NCBI GenBank assembly: GCA_009103225.1 | Contig: RHPI01001507.1 | Location: 62,001 to 126,000, forward strand | From: Chlorokybus atmophyticus | Taxonomy: Eukaryota > Plantae > Mesostigma and Chlorokybus algae | Direction: 5' to 3' | DNA: 64,000 nucleotides | Shown here: positions 59,454 to 64,000 of the stretch, piece by piece | Position numbering within the stretch: the first letter of the stretch is position 1 | Layout: each line of letters begins with the position of its first letter | Program-made: the position numbers and the translations under genes | The notes under the pieces: model-generated | Seen by the model: the letters and a program-made list of their open reading frames with translations, nothing else | Databases searched by the model: none | Told to the model about the DNA's origin: nothing

Positions 59454-59817
59454 TGTTAAGGTTATAGGTTGTTGAACTACATGTATAGGCGGCGCCTACA
59501 TGTAGTTGGTACGATCAGCTTAACCTTCATAGTTATGAGAATTATAGGAGTTATGGCAATTATAGTAAACCATGGTCAACTTTTACTTTGACCGTTGACT
59601 TTGACCATGGACTGGTGTTGACTAGTGTTGACTTTGACTAGAGTTGACTAGAGTTGACTAGTGCTTGTTAGCATTGTATATAAGACACTGTATACTGCTT
59701 GATACAGTCGCACATTGTCTCTATAATTGGCGTGCTTGCTGCACTTGTCCTTAGTGTGTGCACACTTGTATGTGAGTGGCATATAAACACACACTAGGCG
59801 CATCCTAGTTCTCACTA
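59454..59817 (+). repeat. Solo LTR, Copia family B, inserted in family C gag
   Basis: Collinear with 52368-52738; end degenerate (CTCACTA). Confidence 0.85.
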
Positions 59818-59829
59818 TTAAAATCATCT

Positions 59830-61125
59830 TGAGTTATATGCAACACACAGCTCATGCTAGGGGGTCGCTACGGGTCGATAGCACGGTGGCTATGCCCAGC
59901 ACCCAAGTGCATTATAATACAAATCTACAAGTGTATACATATATATACAGGCTGATCTATACACAAGTCTGCACTAGGGCGCTAGGCTATAACTACGGGA
60001 ATCAATTCTTCACATAGTCATAATGCGAATATAGAGGTGGACAGCAAGGGTGTTAAGTGCGGGCCCTCCCCCCCCTGCCGGACACGGGGGGAGGAGGGAT
60101 GCGGAACAATGTATTTATAAAGATGCCTCTACATAGAAAACAAGCCCACACCTTCATAAGGCCAATGATGCATGCATGTGCATGTTTGCATGAGTAAAGT
60201 CCGCACCCTCATGCGTGCTCTACATGTGTGCTCGTGCAAATGGCCATGCTCAACAAAGAATGAGCCCACCTTTCATGTTCTCTTTGAGGGCACCCGGTCG
60301 ACGGAGGCCGCCGCCGAGGCAATGTAAGCCGCCACATTGATGTGTTGCCGAGCTCGCTTTTTCATGTTCTCCTTCCAAGGGACCGCGGGATCGCTAAAGC
60401 GTATGGCCAATGCCTCCGCACGAGTATTGGGTGTAGTGGAGTCGCCCTTCTCGCGACAAATGATGCTCACGTAGCGGGTGGTTGGGCTCGTCAGCGGGCT
60501 CATCACGAGGGATGGCAGGCGCCTTCCCACGCTTAGGGCGCGTATTCTCCACCTTCAACTCCTCCAACCTCCTCGCCATGGCCTCCACGTTGGAGAGCGG
60601 GCTTGCCTCCCTCTTTTTACGCTTGTAAGTGACGACGGGCGGGTCCTCATCATCCTCGTCCTCATCGTTGTCACCATCACCCTCCTTGTTTACATCGTCT
60701 TCTCCCACCTCTGCGGGGGGGCGCACCCTTCTCTCCTCGCTCGCCACTCTTTTCTTCTCCTCCTCACTGAAGGTGTGGCGACGCGGACTTATAGCCCGCG
60801 CCAACCTATTGGCGGCAAGCCTAGCCGCCTTGGCCGTGGCTTCCACATCCTCTCCATCACCACGGGCACTTTTTGACCGTGTGGTGGTCATGGAGGTCGA
60901 CGGCCTATCCTACGTCCAAACCACACTCGCCACCCACGCCAAGAATGGCGCCGCCGTGCTAGGGTTTTAAGCGACTATATAAGAATGCTTGAAACTCGCA
61001 ACTCACGCCTAGTGAGTGCTTATGCCCCCAAGTGCCCAAGGCATTAGGGGCACAAGAGTCTCATAACTCATTAACGAGTTGTTGAGTTCATGGGCGCGCA
61101 TTTCATGCGCTTCATGAACTCATAT
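59830..61125 (-). mobile_element. Non-autonomous DIRS deletion derivative (A + ORF1 fused to C-B2; no gag, RT or YR)
   Basis: 59830-60012 matches 37815-37990; 60045-61125 matches 42322-43453. Confidence 0.88.
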
Positions 61126-61988
61126 CACTTGTATGTGAGTGGCATATATACACACACTTAGCGCATACTAGTTCTCAACCTCAAGATCATCTCGCGAGCT
61201 CGGCAGTTGTGGGATGACTTGCTTGTCATTGGCTATGAAATGAAGGAGGTGGAGGTCGTTTCTGCTATTCTCGCCGGCCTATCCACGGAGTTCGAGATAC
61301 CTATCACTGTTATGGAGTCATCCAGTAAGGAGCTCACCCTTCAAGCTGTCACCCCACACCTGTTGCAAGTAGAGTAGCGGGCATTCACTTCACGCTATAA
61401 TGAAGCTGAAGCTGTGGCATTCGCTGCACACTCCAACCCACGAGGCAACGAAAACAATGGTGGAGGAAAGCAGCAGACGGAGACGCGCACTTGCCACTAT
61501 TGTAACAAGAAAGGGTATCTAAAGCAGAACTGCAGGAAGTTAAAGCGCGATCAATAACATAACATAACATAACAAAACAAAGGTTTTTATAGGCAGGCTA
61601 CATCACTTGCAAGCACCACCACTATTGAGAGCGCTTGGTTGTTCGATTCTGCGTGCACACAGCATATGACCCCACACAGACGTGAGTTTCGGAAATAACA
61701 GCTCTGAGTAATGCTGTTGGTGTGAAAGTGAGCTTTGGCAACAAGCTACACTTGAGAGCTGTGGGAGTAGGCACCGTCGTCTTACACACTGTGGTGGCGG
61801 TTACTACACACGAATTGGCCCTGAAGAAGGTAATTCACGTGCTGGGACTAGCCTCTAGCCTATTCTCTGTCCGAAGAGCTACAAGTGCAGGCGCCGCGGT
61901 TGACTTCACTGCAAAAAAGAATCGAGTCAAGGTTGTTGCAGAAGGCACATTGCGGGAAAGTATGTACTGCATCATACTGGATGGACAG

Positions 61989-62637
61989 TGTAACAGTCAA
62001 GGCCAAATATCGTGATTTTCATAGCCTTTAGGCCTTACTTGTGACGTATCATGTTTTTCATGACTGGTGGCGGATATCAGCGAGTTGCGAGTCTGCCGCA
62101 GATATCGACTGGCCCAGGTTCAGTCTGAAGGACGCCAGAAAACGGAGGGCCAGCCGAGAAGGGCTCGACTAGATTTCTGGAAGGGCCTGCCGCCAAGGAG
62201 TATAACTTGACCATATGAGCAGCAAATGCGGAGATATTTGGTGCGCCGTAAGGGTCTAGAAGTGTACTACAAGATTCTGCATGAATATCTTGATATCTAC
62301 TTCCACCTAGCGCTAAAATTGTCTAAACAATAGGATGTGCAGACTGGTCGGTATAAAAGTGACATTTTACAAGTTGCAATAGAACCTTTGGCTCCCTAGT
62401 TTCTTGAGTGCAAGCTTGGTGGTGGTTAGCAGGGGTTGCTAGCGAAAGTCCACTAGTGTGTGCTTGCTTGTGTGACGATCCAAGGCGCTACACAAGTCGG
62501 TGTGTAGCTTTGAGCGCATGCGCGTGCGTACTCGAGTGGCGGGGCGCGCGCTTGTGCTTGGCAAAGGGGGCAAGGTTTCGGTGTGAATACCGTGTCTTGG
62601 TGAGAGGGTTGTGGATTGGACCAACTCAAAGGTGACA
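61989..62637. mobile_element. ~650-bp insertion between Copia protease and GAG-pre-integrase regions; probable solo LTR of another family
   Basis: Starts TGTAACA, ends GGTGACA; interrupts the pol frame; TSD ambiguous (GACAG versus AGGCA or GACAA). Confidence 0.5.
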
Positions 62638-64000
62638 AGGCACGAGCACCGTTATAGGCAGCATGCATTGTCTGTGACAACCATTGCATCGGCTACAGCT
62701 CATCTTTGGCATCGAAGATTGGGACATCTGGGGTGGGACAACTTGGCAAGACTGTTGCCGAGGACATGGTCGAAGGGATTGGCATTAAAGAGAACGACAT
62801 AAAGGCAACAAAAGGTGATCTGTGCAAGACGTGCGAGACTGTGGATGTGCGAGAATTTGGACGAGCACATCTTCGTGCAGCAGCCCCCAGGGTACGAGGA
62901 GGGAGACTCAGGCAAGGCTACTCGGTGCACAAAGCGTTATATGGGCTTAGGCAAGCGCCACGAGTTTGGCACATTCAGCTTAGCAAGGAGCTGAGAAGAA
63001 TGGCGTACAACAGTCCAAATCAGACCCAGGGCTCTTCATTAGTGAAGACGGACAGGTTTAGCTATTGGTGTATATGGACGACATCGTCTTAGCATCTGCA
63101 AGCGCTTCGGCACTACAACAGATGGGTGACACTGATGTCTGCATTTAAGATTCGAGATCTTGAAGATGCACACTTGTTTCTCGGCATTGTTATTACAAGG
63201 GACAGAGTTGCAAAGACTATCAAGATCCCTCAGAAGCAAATAGTACTTGACTTGCTCAATAAGTTGAAGATACTGGATGCAAAGGGCAGGATAACACCCC
63301 TGAGTGTGGGAGTTCAGTTGATCAAGGCACGGGACACTACCTTTGTGTTGGATACAGCTATTCATCCTCATGGTGAGCTCGTTGGGAGCCTCATCTATTT
63401 GTCCAGTACTACGAGATCTGACATCGCGCAAGCCGTGGGAGTCTTGGCAAGGCATTTGTCAGCACCCACCACCGGAGCATTGAAAGGCAGCGAAAGGAGT
63501 TCTTTGTTACCTTAGAAGCACAAGACGTGGGTGTCATCTTTGGGAGAAAAAAGGACATCAAATTACATGGCTACTGTGATGCAGACTACGCCGCAGACCC
63601 CGACACGAGGAGGTCTACCACAGGTTACACTTTTTTTATGGGAGGAGGCGTGTCATTAGCTGGAATAGCCGCCTACAACCAACTATTACTGCATCCACCA
63701 CAGAAGCCGAGTACATGGCGGTTTCATCTGCAGTGAAGCAAGCACTATGGCTTCGCAAGTTGGTCACTGACCGTAGATACGCACTGCGTGGTATCACCAT
63801 CGTTGGTGACAACCAAGGCGCGCTCAAGTTGAGCATGCACCCCATCACATCTATCAGGTCGAAGCATATTGATATCATGCACCACTTGGTGAGAGAAAGA
63901 AATGCACGAGGTAAAGTGGAATTTAATTATTGCAGCACCGAGAACATGCTCGCGGACTGCATGACCAAGCCACTACCACCTACCAAGTTTCAGACAGGTT

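Larger units (their letters stand above)
58447..64000 (+). mobile_element. Copia family C autonomous-type element (decayed, nested insertions, runs off window end)
   Basis: LTR 58447-58765, PBS GGTTATGGGCCCACA, gag, CHYCNKKGYLKQNC (~61490), protease WLFDSACTQHMT, AHLWHRRLGHLG, RT HKALYGLRQAPRVW / VYMDDI, RNase H GYCDADYAAD...EAEY...KHIDI...LADCMTKPL. Confidence 0.92.

Overview
This is eukaryotic, transposon-saturated (heterochromatin-like) DNA. No intact cellular housekeeping gene is recognisable. GT-AG introns, Osser/copia-type half-tRNA primer sites, split-repeat DIRS elements and chromoviruses suggest a green alga or streptophyte alga (inference). The window is a nested stack of: several Ty1/Copia families (A, B, C, D; many non-autonomous, with TG..CA LTRs and 5-bp TSDs readable in the sequence); three Ty3/Gypsy elements; two ~500-bp TRIMs; a near-complete DIRS/PAT-like tyrosine-recombinase retrotransposon plus three derivatives; a decayed Helitron Rep-helicase with adjacent cargo-like genes (including a coiled-coil/RING protein between ~220-bp inverted repeats); and a TIR-bounded, intron-containing pogo/Fot1-like transposon. 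The best candidate system is the Gypsy element at ~1.8-8.1 kb. After removing two TRIM insertions it reads DNMT3-like C5 cytosine methyltransferase - RT - RNase H - integrase - PHD finger, i.e. a retrotransposon carrying both a DNA-methylation writer and a putative histone reader. DNMT-carrying retrotransposons are known from Klebsormidium and Symbiodinium, so novelty depends on the host and clade. Two more retroelements carry adenine-methyltransferase-like domains: the DIRS MT domain, and a degenerate MT-like domain directly after gag in a chromovirus. Other signals are dense W-box (TTGACY) arrays shared by three Copia LTR families, a 9-6-9 inverted-repeat candidate recombinase site at the DIRS repeat junction, and repeated snap-back hairpin insertions in LTRs. 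All calls come from manual reading and translation; no database search was run, and pseudogene boundaries are approximate.
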